DNA of 64,000 nt from Elusimicrobiales bacterium (GTDB taxonomy: Bacteria; Elusimicrobiota; Elusimicrobia; Elusimicrobiales; UBA9959), in the NCBI GenBank assembly GCA_038204165.1, contig JBBRDG010000002.1:25832-89831 (forward strand), given 5' to 3'. Under the pieces are notes generated by a model that was given only the letters and a program-made list of their open reading frames with translations, did no database searches and had not been told where the DNA came from. Of the stretch, positions 25,989-35,393 are shown piece by piece (position 1 is the first letter of the stretch; each line of letters begins with the position of its first letter). Position numbers and translations under genes: made by a program.

Positions 25989-27227
25989 TTATTTGGCTGC
26001 CGGTACGGGCGCTGCCGCCTCGGCGAAAACCGGGGCTACGTAGGAAGGATCGACGAAAGCCCGGTAAGACTGGGGCGTAAGGGCCTCCCAGTTATACCTG
26101 TTGCCGGCGTTCCAGAGCACCCAGCTCTCCAGGTAGTTCAGGTGCGCCGCGGTAAGCTGGGCGCGGACTTCCGCCGGACCGTACTTCGGTGAGCCGAGAT
26201 TAAAGTCCTGCAGGTAGGGGCGCAGCTTGGCGTAATCGGGGCCGAGCTTTACCATGGCGTCTTTCAGGCCGCGGTTGATCACCTTGTAGGGCTGGGCATT
26301 GGGGTTCTTCAGGTTGTATTCCCCGGACGCGTAGTGGGACGGGTACATCATGGGGTAGACGTAGTCGGCGCCGGAAGCCAGCGTGGCGATGTCCTGGCCT
26401 ATACCCATGTCGTCCTTTACCGTGGTGGTCAGGCCGAAGACGTCGGCGGAGATCTTAACGTTGTAAGGCGCCAGGCGCTTGCGCGCGTAATCCAGAAAAT
26501 CCTTAAGGTTGTGGGTGGACGTCTGGCGGTTGTGAGGCTTGGAGTAGCGGCATAGCGACGTGTTGCCCTCGGACGGGTAGCGCAGATAATCGAACTGGAT
26601 CTCGTCAAAGCCCAGCTTGGCGGCGAGTTCCGCGATGTCCAAATTGTAATCCCATACTTCATGATTGTACGGGTCCACCCAAGTGGCGCCGTTGCGGCTG
26701 CGCCAGAGGTCGCCGTTAGGCGTGCGCACGGCCAGGTCTTTGCGGACCTTGGGGAGAATTTTGTCCTTGAATACTACGATGCGCGCGATGGTGTAGATGT
26801 GGGCGTCCTTGAAATCCTTCAGCATGGCGGCGGGATCGGTGATGGCCGATTCGTGGGAGCCCCATTTCGCGGCTTTCTCTACGCCGGGGATGTAGACTTT
26901 TCCGTCGGTTTCCTTCAGCGCTATGACCACAGCGTTGAGCACGGTGCCGGACATCTTCCTGATAATTTCCCGTCTGCTCTTGGTGGAGCCGGCGCCCCAG
27001 CAGGTAAGATGGATGCCGCGCACCCGGGGCTGCGCCAGCACCAGCTCGTGCAGGGTAGTGGTTGAAATGGCGGCTTTGACGGCAGCGGTGGACGCCTGAG
27101 GGGCAGTATGCTGGTCGGTCTGGACCGCCGGGGCGGCTTGCGGTTTTGCTGCCGTTTTCGCGTGGCGTTGGCCGGCGGAAGCGGGAAGGACTGAAGCGAG
27201 GAGTAAAAAAAGCGCTGTATGAAGCAT
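25989..27227 (-). CDS. exported putative glycoside hydrolase (DUF4015/COG1306-type TIM barrel)
   Basis: Signal peptide present. Blocks VRGIHLT, NAVVIALKETDG, WVDPYN and FDEIQFDYLRYP are typical of this family. Confidence 0.6.
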   Translation of the reverse strand: MLHTALFLLLASVLPASAGQRHAKTAAKPQAAPAVQTDQHTAPQASTAAVKAAISTTTLHELVLAQPRVRGIHLTCWGAGSTKSRREIIRKMSGTVLNAVVIALKETDGKVYIPGVEKAAKWGSHESAITDPAAMLKDFKDAHIYTIARIVVFKDKILPKVRKDLAVRTPNGDLWRSRNGATWVDPYNHEVWDYNLDIAELAAKLGFDEIQFDYLRYPSEGNTSLCRYSKPHNRQTSTHNLKDFLDYARKRLAPYNVKISADVFGLTTTVKDDMGIGQDIATLASGADYVYPMMYPSHYASGEYNLKNPNAQPYKVINRGLKDAMVKLGPDYAKLRPYLQDFNLGSPKYGPAEVRAQLTAAHLNYLESWVLWNAGNRYNWEALTPQSYRAFVDPSYVAPVFAEAAAPVPAAK

Positions 27228-27294
27228 ATGTTTATATTTTACAATTTAGACGCAGCGCTTGGAGAATTTAATTCGGCAGCGGGTCAGGGGTTTT

Positions 27295-29784
27295 ATGAAA
27301 CTTTTAAAAATGCTGGTGTTGGGGGCCATTATCATGCCGCAGAGCCTTTTTGCTTCGGATACGCTCGTTCTACATTACAGCCGCCTCGGCGGGGATTACT
27401 TCGGCTGGAACCTTTGGGTCTGGAACGAGTCAGACAGAAAGCCCGGCTTCGACCTGGTCCCGTCCGGTATGGACGCGTACGGCGCCGTATATCGGCTGGA
27501 CGTCTCTTCTTCCGGCTTCGCCGGGGCGAAGGCCGGCCTGCTGCCGAGAAAGGGGAACTGGGCCGAGAAGGATTCCCCCGACCGCTTTATTAATTCCGTA
27601 AAGGGCGGAGACGTTTTCCTGCAGGAGGGGGACGGGACGGTTTACACGACGCCCCCGGTAGTTTCCACCGCTATTACAGGGGCCTGGCTGGACGGCGAAG
27701 GGACGGTGCGCGCGGCGTTCAACCGCCCGGTGGACCGGGCCTTCATCGACAGGCAGGGGTTCTACCTTACCCGCGGCGAGGCCGCCTTCCAGCCGGTGCG
27801 CTGGGATACCGCAGCCGGAGCAACCTATTCCCGCGCCGCCGAGCTTACCTTCGACAGCCTTGGCACTCCGGATTACCAGGCGCTTAACTCCGGCAAGTAT
27901 CTGCTCCATTCCCGTGATTTTAAACCTTTGCCTCTGGAACTGGGTAAAGCCGTTTACGGTTCCGAATTCACGCCCCGTCTTCCGCTGGGCTTGCTCGAAG
28001 AGGGCGGGGTATCGCTCATCCGCGTTTTCGCGCCTAAGGCTACCCGCGCGGAAGTGCTGCTGTACGACCGCCCGGGCGCCAAGCCCGCGGTGTACCTTAT
28101 GACCTACCGCGACCGCGGGGTCTGGGAAAAGAATTTCGGGCGCGCGCTTACTGGCGGCTACTACCGCCTGCGCACCGTGCAGGGCGGCAAGACTTACGAG
28201 GGACTGGACCCTTACGCCCGCTGCGTGACCGGCGACTCTGGCCTGGCACAGATAGCAAAAGACACTACTCCGGTCTCGGCGGGGCCTTCTTTCGGCCTTT
28301 CCGAAGCCGTGCTCTACGAGGTGCATCTGCGCGACCTGACCTCGGACCCGTTCTCGGGAGTTAAAAAACCGCGCGGTTACCTCGGCGCTGCTGAGACGGG
28401 TACGCGTCACCCGAAGTTCCCGGAAATTCTGACCGGGCTGGACCATATTTCCGAGCTGGGCGTGAACGCGGTGCATATCCTGCCGTTCCAGGACTTCGAG
28501 AACGGGGACAGCACCAGCGCCTATAACTGGGGCTACATGCCGGTGAACTTCAATTCTCCGGAAGGCGCGTACGCTTCTAACCCGGCCGACCTCTCGCGGG
28601 TGCGCGAAACCAAGCTGATGGTGGATGCCTTCCATAAAAAGGGCCTTAAAGTTATCATGGACGTGGTCTATAATCACACGGCCGAGACCAAGGCCAGGGC
28701 CTACAACTTTAACGCCATGGCCAGGGATTATTACTACCGCGTAAATCCGGACGGGAACTATTCCAACGGTTCCGGCTGCGGCAACGAGTTCATGACGGAG
28801 GCCCCGGCGGCGCGTAAGTTCCTGCTGGACAGCCTGCTCTACTGGGTGCGCGAGTACAAGGTTGACGGGTTCCGCTTTGACCTGATGGGGCTGATTGACA
28901 CGGATACCGCCGCTGAAGTAGCGCGGGTGCTGAGGCAGGAGAACCCGGAACTTATTGTTTACGGCGAGCCCTGGGCCGCCGGAGCCAGCCCGGTGCATGG
29001 CGTGAAGAAAGGCAGCCAGCGTTCCAAGGGCTACTCGGTCTTCAACGACAACTTCCGCGACGCCATCAAGGGCAGCGTGTTCTCGCTGGCCGACCTGGGC
29101 TACGTGGAGGCCGCCCGCAACCGTGACGCGGTGATGAAGGGGATACGCGGTTCGGTGGATGACTTTACCGACGGACCGCTGGAGACGCTGAATTACGTTT
29201 CCTGCCATGACAACCACACGCTTTGGGACCGCATCGACCTTTCCGTGAAGGACGAGCCGCTGGCGAACAAGGTGGCCATGGACAAGCTGGCTAACGCGCT
29301 GGTGCTGACCTCGCAGGGCGTTCCTTTTCTGCACGCCGGGGAGGAGTTCCTGCGCACCAAGAAGGGCGAGGAGAATTCCTACAACCTGCCGGACGAGATT
29401 AACCACCTGGACTGGACCCGCAAGAAAGAGAACTTCGGGGTCTTTGAATACTACCGCGACCTGATAGCCATGAGGAAAGCTCACCCGGTCTTCCGCATGG
29501 CCACCGCGGCCGAGGTCCGCGAGAACCTTAAGTTTTACGAGGAACTCGGCCTTAAGGTGGAGCCTCCCGCTATAGCATACGTGCTATACGGCAGCCGCGA
29601 AAAGGACAGCTGGGGCCGCGTGCTGGTGCTGGTTAACCCGCTGAAGACCCCGCTGAAGATAGATCTGCCGCAAGGCGCCTGGCTGCTGGCCTTCGATGAC
29701 AAAGGGCTGGTCAAAGAACCGGGCACGCCGCATACGGGCACTTTTGAAACCGCGCCGCTGTCTCTTACGGTGCTGAGGCTTTAG
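27295..29784 (+). CDS. pulA: type I pullulanase (GH13)
   Basis: Signal peptide from ATG 27295 (MKLLKMLVLGAIIMPQSLFA). GH13 regions YNWGYMP, VIMDVVYNHT, GFRFDLMG, YGEPW and YVSCHDN. Confidence 0.9.
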   Translation: MKLLKMLVLGAIIMPQSLFASDTLVLHYSRLGGDYFGWNLWVWNESDRKPGFDLVPSGMDAYGAVYRLDVSSSGFAGAKAGLLPRKGNWAEKDSPDRFINSVKGGDVFLQEGDGTVYTTPPVVSTAITGAWLDGEGTVRAAFNRPVDRAFIDRQGFYLTRGEAAFQPVRWDTAAGATYSRAAELTFDSLGTPDYQALNSGKYLLHSRDFKPLPLELGKAVYGSEFTPRLPLGLLEEGGVSLIRVFAPKATRAEVLLYDRPGAKPAVYLMTYRDRGVWEKNFGRALTGGYYRLRTVQGGKTYEGLDPYARCVTGDSGLAQIAKDTTPVSAGPSFGLSEAVLYEVHLRDLTSDPFSGVKKPRGYLGAAETGTRHPKFPEILTGLDHISELGVNAVHILPFQDFENGDSTSAYNWGYMPVNFNSPEGAYASNPADLSRVRETKLMVDAFHKKGLKVIMDVVYNHTAETKARAYNFNAMARDYYYRVNPDGNYSNGSGCGNEFMTEAPAARKFLLDSLLYWVREYKVDGFRFDLMGLIDTDTAAEVARVLRQENPELIVYGEPWAAGASPVHGVKKGSQRSKGYSVFNDNFRDAIKGSVFSLADLGYVEAARNRDAVMKGIRGSVDDFTDGPLETLNYVSCHDNHTLWDRIDLSVKDEPLANKVAMDKLANALVLTSQGVPFLHAGEEFLRTKKGEENSYNLPDEINHLDWTRKKENFGVFEYYRDLIAMRKAHPVFRMATAAEVRENLKFYEELGLKVEPPAIAYVLYGSREKDSWGRVLVLVNPLKTPLKIDLPQGAWLLAFDDKGLVKEPGTPHTGTFETAPLSLTVLRL

Positions 29785-29871
29785 GCCCAGGCGGCGCTGG
29801 GCCCAAGGCCTCTTACGCCTGATGCGGATTTCGGCTAGAATATCTTAGCAGCATATCTCCAGGAGGTTTTG

Positions 29872-30522
29872 ATGAAAAAAGTTCTATTAGCTCTGGTAAT
29901 GGTTTTTCCGGCTACCGCCGCTTACTCCTCGGATTTCAACCTTGAAACTATAAAAGCCGCCGACTTCGGAGTCAAGATAGAGGCCGCAGAAATTCCCGCC
30001 GCCGCCCCTGTCAGGGACGCCTTGCAGGACCTGGTGTACAAGTTTCAGCAGGTTACCAACCAACTGAACTCGGTACGGAACGACCTTACCTGGGTGCGCA
30101 GCGATATCGACAACCTGGAAAGCCGCGCCCGCCGTATGATCCAGACCAACTCCGCGGACAGCTTCTTCCAGATGGACCTGATGCGCATGAAATCCGATAT
30201 GTCCCGCCGCTTCGACAACCTTCAGCGCGCTTCCAACGACGTGCGCGGTCTGCTGGGCCAGGCGCAGAAATCCGCCGACCTTAATAAAGCGGCGCGCGAT
30301 ATGGACTGGGCCGCCAACGACATTCTACGCGACACCTGGCCTACCCTTGAGAATTCGGCGCAGCGCCTGGAGTGGACCGTGCGCTCCGGCAAGCCGCAGC
30401 TCGTGGGTTTTAATGCCCAGTGGGACGCCATGGATATCTCCCGCTCCTGCCGCCAGCTCAGCGACCAGGCCCGCAACGTCTCTAACGACACGCGCACCCT
30501 GGTTTCCCAGACTCAGCCTTAA
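29872..30522 (+). CDS. exported helical protein, unknown function
   Basis: AGGAGG Shine-Dalgarno sequence upstream of ATG 29872. Signal peptide MKKVLLALVMVFPATAAYS. Asn/Gln/Arg/Asp-rich helical sequence with no recognised family. Confidence 0.6.
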   Translation: MKKVLLALVMVFPATAAYSSDFNLETIKAADFGVKIEAAEIPAAAPVRDALQDLVYKFQQVTNQLNSVRNDLTWVRSDIDNLESRARRMIQTNSADSFFQMDLMRMKSDMSRRFDNLQRASNDVRGLLGQAQKSADLNKAARDMDWAANDILRDTWPTLENSAQRLEWTVRSGKPQLVGFNAQWDAMDISRSCRQLSDQARNVSNDTRTLVSQTQP

Positions 30523-30552
30523 AGCTAACCGGTACGGCTTAGCGCCGTCCAG

Positions 30553-30581
30553 AAAGCGGGACCATAGGGTCCCGCTTTTTT
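30553..30581 (+). terminator. rho-independent terminator
   Basis: Stem GCGGGACC (30556-30563) / GGTCCCGC (30568-30575), extended by AAA/TTT and followed by a T-run to 30581. Confidence 0.75.
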
Positions 30582-30649
30582 GTTTGCTAAAATAAAATGA
30601 ACTTAAATTAAGCCGCTCGCTACTAAATAGCAGAGGGCGCAGCGAGAAT

Positions 30650-31216
30650 ATGGAAAACTGCAGCGACGAAGAACTGATACAGGCCGCCGGAAGGGGGGAA
30701 GGCCCCGCCCTGGAGGCCCTCGTGCGGCGCTACCAGGACCGGGTACTCAGCTTCATGGCCTGGAACTTTTCGCTGCCGGCTGAAGAAGCGCTGGATATGA
30801 CGCAGGAAGTTTTCCTGGCGGTCTGGAAAAGCGCGGGCTCTTTCCGCGGGGAATCCCTTTTTCGCACCTGGCTTTTTTCGGTGGCCCGCAACGTGGGCTT
30901 GAGCTATTTCCGACATTATCTCGCCAAAAAAACGGAAAGCGCAGGGCTCCTGTTCGGAGACGAGGAATTTGAAAATATACCGGACGCCGCGCCCGGTCTG
31001 CTGGCGGGTCTGGAAGCTGAAGAGCGCGGGGCTTTTGTCCGCGCGGCAGTGGACAGGCTGCCGGGCAAACTTAAAGCGGCGCTGCTGCTGCGCGAATGGG
31101 AGGAGCTGCCTTACGAGGATATAGCCGGGGTGCTGGGCGTGCCGGTGGGAACCGTGCGCTCCCGGCTGCACAACGCGCACGCCAGGCTCTTTGAACTGCT
31201 TAGGGAGAAGATATGA
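30650..31216 (+). CDS. ECF-type RNA polymerase sigma-70 family factor
   Basis: 188 aa. Region 2 (RYQDRVLSFMAW...EEALDMTQEVFLAVW) and region 4 (REWEELPYEDIAGVLGVPVGTVRSRLHNA). Confidence 0.9.
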   Translation: MENCSDEELIQAAGRGEGPALEALVRRYQDRVLSFMAWNFSLPAEEALDMTQEVFLAVWKSAGSFRGESLFRTWLFSVARNVGLSYFRHYLAKKTESAGLLFGDEEFENIPDAAPGLLAGLEAEERGAFVRAAVDRLPGKLKAALLLREWEELPYEDIAGVLGVPVGTVRSRLHNAHARLFELLREKI

Positions 31217-31731
31217 ATTGTGAAGATGGAGTAAAAGCGCGGATACTCGCGCTGACCGCCGGAGAACTTGCTCCGGCGGAGGCGCTGGAGACCGAAAGGC
31301 ATCTGGCCGGCTGTCCGGGCTGCGCCGCGTTCAGGCTGGCCGCGCTCGGGCAGCGGGCCGCCATTAAAGAGGCAGGGGCCCCGCTGCTGCAGGCGGGACC
31401 CGGGTTCGCTGCAAGGGTGCTGGCAGCGGCCGCCGAAAGGGAAAGCCGCGGCCAGCGAGCGGCGGCGGCGGCGCTCGCCTTCGCCGCAGGCTTCGCCGTA
31501 CTGATGATTTTTATGCCGCACGGCCGCAGTCGCTTGAGCCCGGCGCAGTCTTCGCTTAACCCGCTTTACGCCGTCAATTTGTCGGGCGGCGGCGCCCCGG
31601 GGGGCAGCGTGCTCGGCGACCTTAAAGGCAGCACTTCGGACCTGTTCTACAGGCTGAGCTGCAGGAAGGAGCTGCCTGCGGCGGAAGGAACTGTTATAAA
31701 CTTGAAAACCGGCGGTCAGGAGGAATTATGA
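31213..31731 (+). CDS. anti-sigma factor (zf-HC2 type), single-pass membrane
   Basis: ATGA overlap with the sigma gene. H-x3-C-x2-C motif in ERHLAGCPGC. One TM segment (AAAALAFAAGFAVLMIF). Confidence 0.7.
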   Translation: MNCEDGVKARILALTAGELAPAEALETERHLAGCPGCAAFRLAALGQRAAIKEAGAPLLQAGPGFAARVLAAAAERESRGQRAAAAALAFAAGFAVLMIFMPHGRSRLSPAQSSLNPLYAVNLSGGGAPGGSVLGDLKGSTSDLFYRLSCRKELPAAEGTVINLKTGGQEEL

Positions 31732-32180
31732 AAGTAAAAACTATGGTTGTACTAGCGGCAATACTGGTTCTGGCCGGGGCCTTTTTCGGCCCTTACCGCA
31801 GGCACATGGAGGACCGCAGGCCGGCACTGGTGGCCGGTTATCGCGGCCTGGTGCTGCAGTTCCCCAAGGAACAGCTGCAGTGGATTAAGAAAGGCGACGC
31901 CCTGGACGTGATCTGCGTGTTCGACGCCATTATGGGCCCGAAGAAGGGGGGGGCAGCGGAAACGACCAAGGAGAAGGTGGCCGCTACGCTTCTTCAGAAC
32001 GTGAAGGTCGCCGGGGTTAACGCCTACAAAGGCACCATCGTGCTGCTGGTGAACCCTAACGAGGCCCAGTATGCCGCGCTCTCGCTGGCGCAGGGCAGCG
32101 TAAGCCTTTCGCTGCGGACGGAAGGCGACTCGGAACTGCATCCCATGGAGATAGCCAGCTTCAAGCGGCTGATACGCTGA
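31728..32180 (+). CDS. membrane-anchored CpaB/RcpC-like beta-clip domain protein (no SAF domain)
   Basis: ATGA overlap with the anti-sigma gene. N-terminal TM helix. The blocks GDALDVICVFD...LLQNVKVAGVN...IVLLVNPNEAQYAALSLAQGSVSLSLRTEGD resemble the C-terminal RcpC domain of Flp pilus protein CpaB. Confidence 0.5.
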   Translation: MKVKTMVVLAAILVLAGAFFGPYRRHMEDRRPALVAGYRGLVLQFPKEQLQWIKKGDALDVICVFDAIMGPKKGGAAETTKEKVAATLLQNVKVAGVNAYKGTIVLLVNPNEAQYAALSLAQGSVSLSLRTEGDSELHPMEIASFKRLIR

Positions 32181-32818
32181 TGGACCTTAATAAAAATGTA
32201 CTCAGCCTGAAAGTGCTGGAAAATACCGCCGCCGCGCTGCGCAGGAATAATTTTGAGGCGGCGGTATACCCGGATGGCGCCGCGGCGGCCGCGGCCCTGC
32301 TGGCCCTGGCTGGCAGCGGAAAAAAGATAGGCCATGGCGGTTCTATGACGGTGGAAGCCCTGGGCCTGCCGGCGGCGCTCAAAGCCGCGGGGAACACCGT
32401 AGTGACGCACGGCCCGGGCATGACCCCGGAGCAGCGCCGGGCCGTCTGGCTGGAAGCCCAGGCCTCCGATATTTACCTGGCCTCGCCGCAAGCGGTCACG
32501 CTGGACGGGAAGCTTGTCTTTCTGGACGCGAACGGCAACCGGGGGGCGGCTGTTATCTACGGGCCCCGGAAAATAGTGCTGCTGGCCGGGCTCAATAAGC
32601 TGGCCAGAAACCAGGACGAGGGGCTCTGGCGCGCCCGGAACACGGCGGCGATAGCCAACAACATCCGTCTTAAGAAAAATAATCCCTGTGTAAAGACCGG
32701 GCGCTGCGAGGACTGCGCTTCTCCGGCGCGCATCTGCAACGCGGTCACGCTGCTCTGGAAAAAGCCTTCCGCCAGCGACTTGCTGGTGATGCTGGTGAAC
32801 GAGGATCTCGGATACTGA
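32180..32818 (+). CDS. LUD-domain (lactate-utilisation LutC/YkgG-like) protein
   Basis: The start overlaps the preceding stop codon by 1 nt (TGATG). Blocks GNRGAAVIYGPRKIVLLAGLNKL and NNPCVKTGRCEDCASPARICN are typical of LUD-domain proteins. Confidence 0.65.
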   Translation: MDLNKNVLSLKVLENTAAALRRNNFEAAVYPDGAAAAAALLALAGSGKKIGHGGSMTVEALGLPAALKAAGNTVVTHGPGMTPEQRRAVWLEAQASDIYLASPQAVTLDGKLVFLDANGNRGAAVIYGPRKIVLLAGLNKLARNQDEGLWRARNTAAIANNIRLKKNNPCVKTGRCEDCASPARICNAVTLLWKKPSASDLLVMLVNEDLGY

Positions 32819-32919
32819 CAGTCTTAACAGTGGGGATCGTTACGGTGTCGTGCCTGTTGACTGGCGCCGGAACTTTTACTACCATTGCAGGTACGTTAAA
32901 TAGGTTAGGAGGGGTATTA

Positions 32920-34173
32920 ATGAAAAACAAGTTATTCGCGGCGGTTCTCTGTCTCTCGCTGGTTCCCGGCGCTTACGCGGCTGTTACTTTTGACCAGAAA
33001 GGCAGCGTCACCGATCTGATAGCGCAGCTTAAGAACCCCGGCAACACTGCCGGCGTAATCCCGCTTCCCGGTAACCCGAAAGCGGCCAAAAACTGGACCG
33101 TGATGGTCTTTGTTAACGCCAAGAATAATCTTGAACAGTTCGGTCTCAGCGACCTGAACGAGATGGAAATGGTCGGCTCCGACGATAACGTTAACATCGT
33201 GGCCGAGCTCGGCCGCATTAAAGGCTACTCTTCCGCCGACGGGGACTGGACCGGCTCCCGCCGCTACCTGGTTCAGAAGGACGCCGACACTACCAAGATC
33301 ACCTCGCCGGTAGTGATGGAAATTACCAAGTCCGACATGGGCAGCTGGCAGTACCTGGCAGAATTTACACAGTGGGCCATGAATAAATACCCCGCCAAGC
33401 ATTACGTGCTGATAGTCTGGAACCACGGGGCTGGCTGGAACAAGGACGTTTCCTTCGCCGCCAGCAAGGGCATCTCCTACGACGACGAGACCAACAACCA
33501 TATCACCACTCCCCAACTGCGTCAGGCTATGGAAGCCATCGGCAAGATCGACATCTTCGGGATGGACGCCTGCCTGATGCAGATGGTAGAGGTCGGCTAC
33601 GAGATCCGCAAGCAGGCCGACTATATCGTGGCCTCCGAAGAGACCGAACCCGGCGACGGCTACACCTATAACACCTGGCTGGCCCCGCTGGCCGCCAACC
33701 CCGCCATGACCGGCGAGGAACTCTCTAAAGCCATGGTCAATTCCTACACCGACCATTACCAGGCCATAAACCAGGGCGCTACACAGTCCGCGCTCCGCAC
33801 CGCCTCCCTGGAAAAGTACGCCGCGCTGTCCAACGACTGGGCGGACGCCGTGATGGCCGCCGGGGACCTGGTCAGCGTAAAGAACGCCCGCACCAAGGCG
33901 CAGGCTTTCTACTACTCCTCTAACAAGGACGCCTACCATTTTATTAAACTGGTAAGCGAAGCCAGCGCCAACGCCGACGTGGCCGCTAAAGGCAAAGCCC
34001 TGATGGCTTTCATTAAGGACGATCTGGTCGTGCTCAACCGCGCCACCGGCTCCAAGTATGCCAACGCCTACGGCCTGGCCGTTTACGTGCCTGCTTCCTA
34101 TACCGCCGCCTATGACTCCCTGCTCTGGTCCGCGGACACCAACTGGGACGACTTCACCAAGTGGATAAAGTAA
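32920..34173 (+). CDS. exported C11 (clostripain-family) cysteine peptidase
   Basis: AGGAGG Shine-Dalgarno sequence before ATG 32920. Signal peptide MKNKLFAAVLCLSLVPGAYA. Family blocks WTVMVFVNAKNNLE, LIVWNHGAGW (catalytic His region), FGMDACLM (catalytic Cys region) and ASEETEPGDGY. Confidence 0.85.
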   Translation: MKNKLFAAVLCLSLVPGAYAAVTFDQKGSVTDLIAQLKNPGNTAGVIPLPGNPKAAKNWTVMVFVNAKNNLEQFGLSDLNEMEMVGSDDNVNIVAELGRIKGYSSADGDWTGSRRYLVQKDADTTKITSPVVMEITKSDMGSWQYLAEFTQWAMNKYPAKHYVLIVWNHGAGWNKDVSFAASKGISYDDETNNHITTPQLRQAMEAIGKIDIFGMDACLMQMVEVGYEIRKQADYIVASEETEPGDGYTYNTWLAPLAANPAMTGEELSKAMVNSYTDHYQAINQGATQSALRTASLEKYAALSNDWADAVMAAGDLVSVKNARTKAQAFYYSSNKDAYHFIKLVSEASANADVAAKGKALMAFIKDDLVVLNRATGSKYANAYGLAVYVPASYTAAYDSLLWSADTNWDDFTKWIK

Positions 34174-34196
34174 GAAAGGGCTGAAAGGCCTTTACG

Positions 34197-34232
34197 GAAG
34201 GGCGGGAGGAAACTCCCGCCCTTCTTATTTTT
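34197..34232 (+). terminator. rho-independent terminator
   Basis: Perfect 12-bp stem GAAGGGCGGGAG / CTCCCGCCCTTC with a GAAA loop, followed by TTATTTTT. Confidence 0.75.
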
Positions 34233-34316
34233 CAGGGGAATGTAACATTTTGGACATTAAAAAGGCCGGGCGTTAATGTATACTATATTATCGCGGCCGG
34301 GCCCGCGCTCTTTGCT

Positions 34317-35363
34317 ATGAAGAAATCGGCCAGAACCATGCTTTTGCGTGCTATTGCTGCGGCTGCCTTTTTGACCGCCAGCACGGTTCTGTCGGCTATA
34401 GCCGGCGGTTCCGGCACCACCACGGCCAATTTCATCAAGATTCCCGTAGCCGCGCTGCCTTCCGGCCTGGCCGGCGCCTATACAGCCATGGTCGGACCGG
34501 ATTCTATGCTCTACAACCCGGCTGGCCTCGGGCTGCTCAGCTATTCTTCTCTTTCCGGTTCCCATAACCAGTACATAGACGGTATAACGCAGGAGTATCT
34601 GGCCGCCACCTGGCGTTCTCCCTGGGGCACGCTCGGCGCCGCTTTCACCACATTGAACAGCGGCAGCATAGACGCCTACGATTCCAACGACATGCGCATA
34701 GGCAATACCTCGAGCGGGCACCGCATGATGTCCCTTTCTATAGCCCAGTCCTGGCCGCACTTCAACCAGGATATAGGCAAGCTGGATCCTATGCTGATCA
34801 CGCCCGGCTGGACCAAGGTGGAACTGGTGCGCGACTACCGCCCGAGGGCCTACAGGTTTTCGGCCGGCGCCACCGTAAAGAAGATAAGCGAGAAGCTCGG
34901 AGACGATTCGGCCTCCTGCTATGCCTATGATGCCGGGGTGCTGCTGGTGCTCCCGCGCCATTTTCACGTAGGAGCGTCCGCGATGAATATGGGAGGCAGT
35001 GAGAAGTTTGTGGGAGAAACCTACAAGCTGCCCTCTGCGATGCGCTTCGGTCTCGCCAAGGATTTTCGCACGATAAACGACGTTATGGTGTTCACGCTCT
35101 CTTCCGACATGGTTAAGTATTCAGACAGCGGTTATATAAGCGCCACCGGCCTGGAGACCGACGTGATGCGGCTGTTTCAGCTGCGCCTGGGTTACCAGAC
35201 CCGTAAGGATTCCGGCTCGCGCATCAGCGGCGGCTTCGGCATGAACTTTGACAGCCTGTCCGACAAAAACAGCTTCCTGCGCGGCGCGCGCGTGGATTAT
35301 TCGTACCTGGATTACGGTTCGCTCGGGGCCACCCACCGGTTGGGGGTCCAGTTCATCTGGTAG
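34317..35363 (+). CDS. PorV/PorQ-like (UPF0164-type) outer-membrane beta-barrel protein, paralog of 7711-8784
   Basis: Signal peptide present. N-terminal signature TTANFIKIPVAALPSGLAGAYTAMVGPDSMLYNPAG aligns with the other copy. C-terminus DYSYLDYGSLGATHRLGVQFIW parallels VDYAFAPYGELGDAHRITIAVRF of the first copy. Confidence 0.7.
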   Translation: MKKSARTMLLRAIAAAAFLTASTVLSAIAGGSGTTTANFIKIPVAALPSGLAGAYTAMVGPDSMLYNPAGLGLLSYSSLSGSHNQYIDGITQEYLAATWRSPWGTLGAAFTTLNSGSIDAYDSNDMRIGNTSSGHRMMSLSIAQSWPHFNQDIGKLDPMLITPGWTKVELVRDYRPRAYRFSAGATVKKISEKLGDDSASCYAYDAGVLLVLPRHFHVGASAMNMGGSEKFVGETYKLPSAMRFGLAKDFRTINDVMVFTLSSDMVKYSDSGYISATGLETDVMRLFQLRLGYQTRKDSGSRISGGFGMNFDSLSDKNSFLRGARVDYSYLDYGSLGATHRLGVQFIW

Positions 35364-35393
35364 GTACGGACTTTTTAGTATAATTAAATAATA

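Noticed and set aside
27430-29484. 684-aa ORF antisense to the pullulanase gene
   Set aside because: It lies entirely inside, and opposite to, a gene with unmistakable GH13 motifs. Its product is Arg/Gly/Ala/Val-rich low-information sequence, typical of shadow ORFs in GC-rich DNA.
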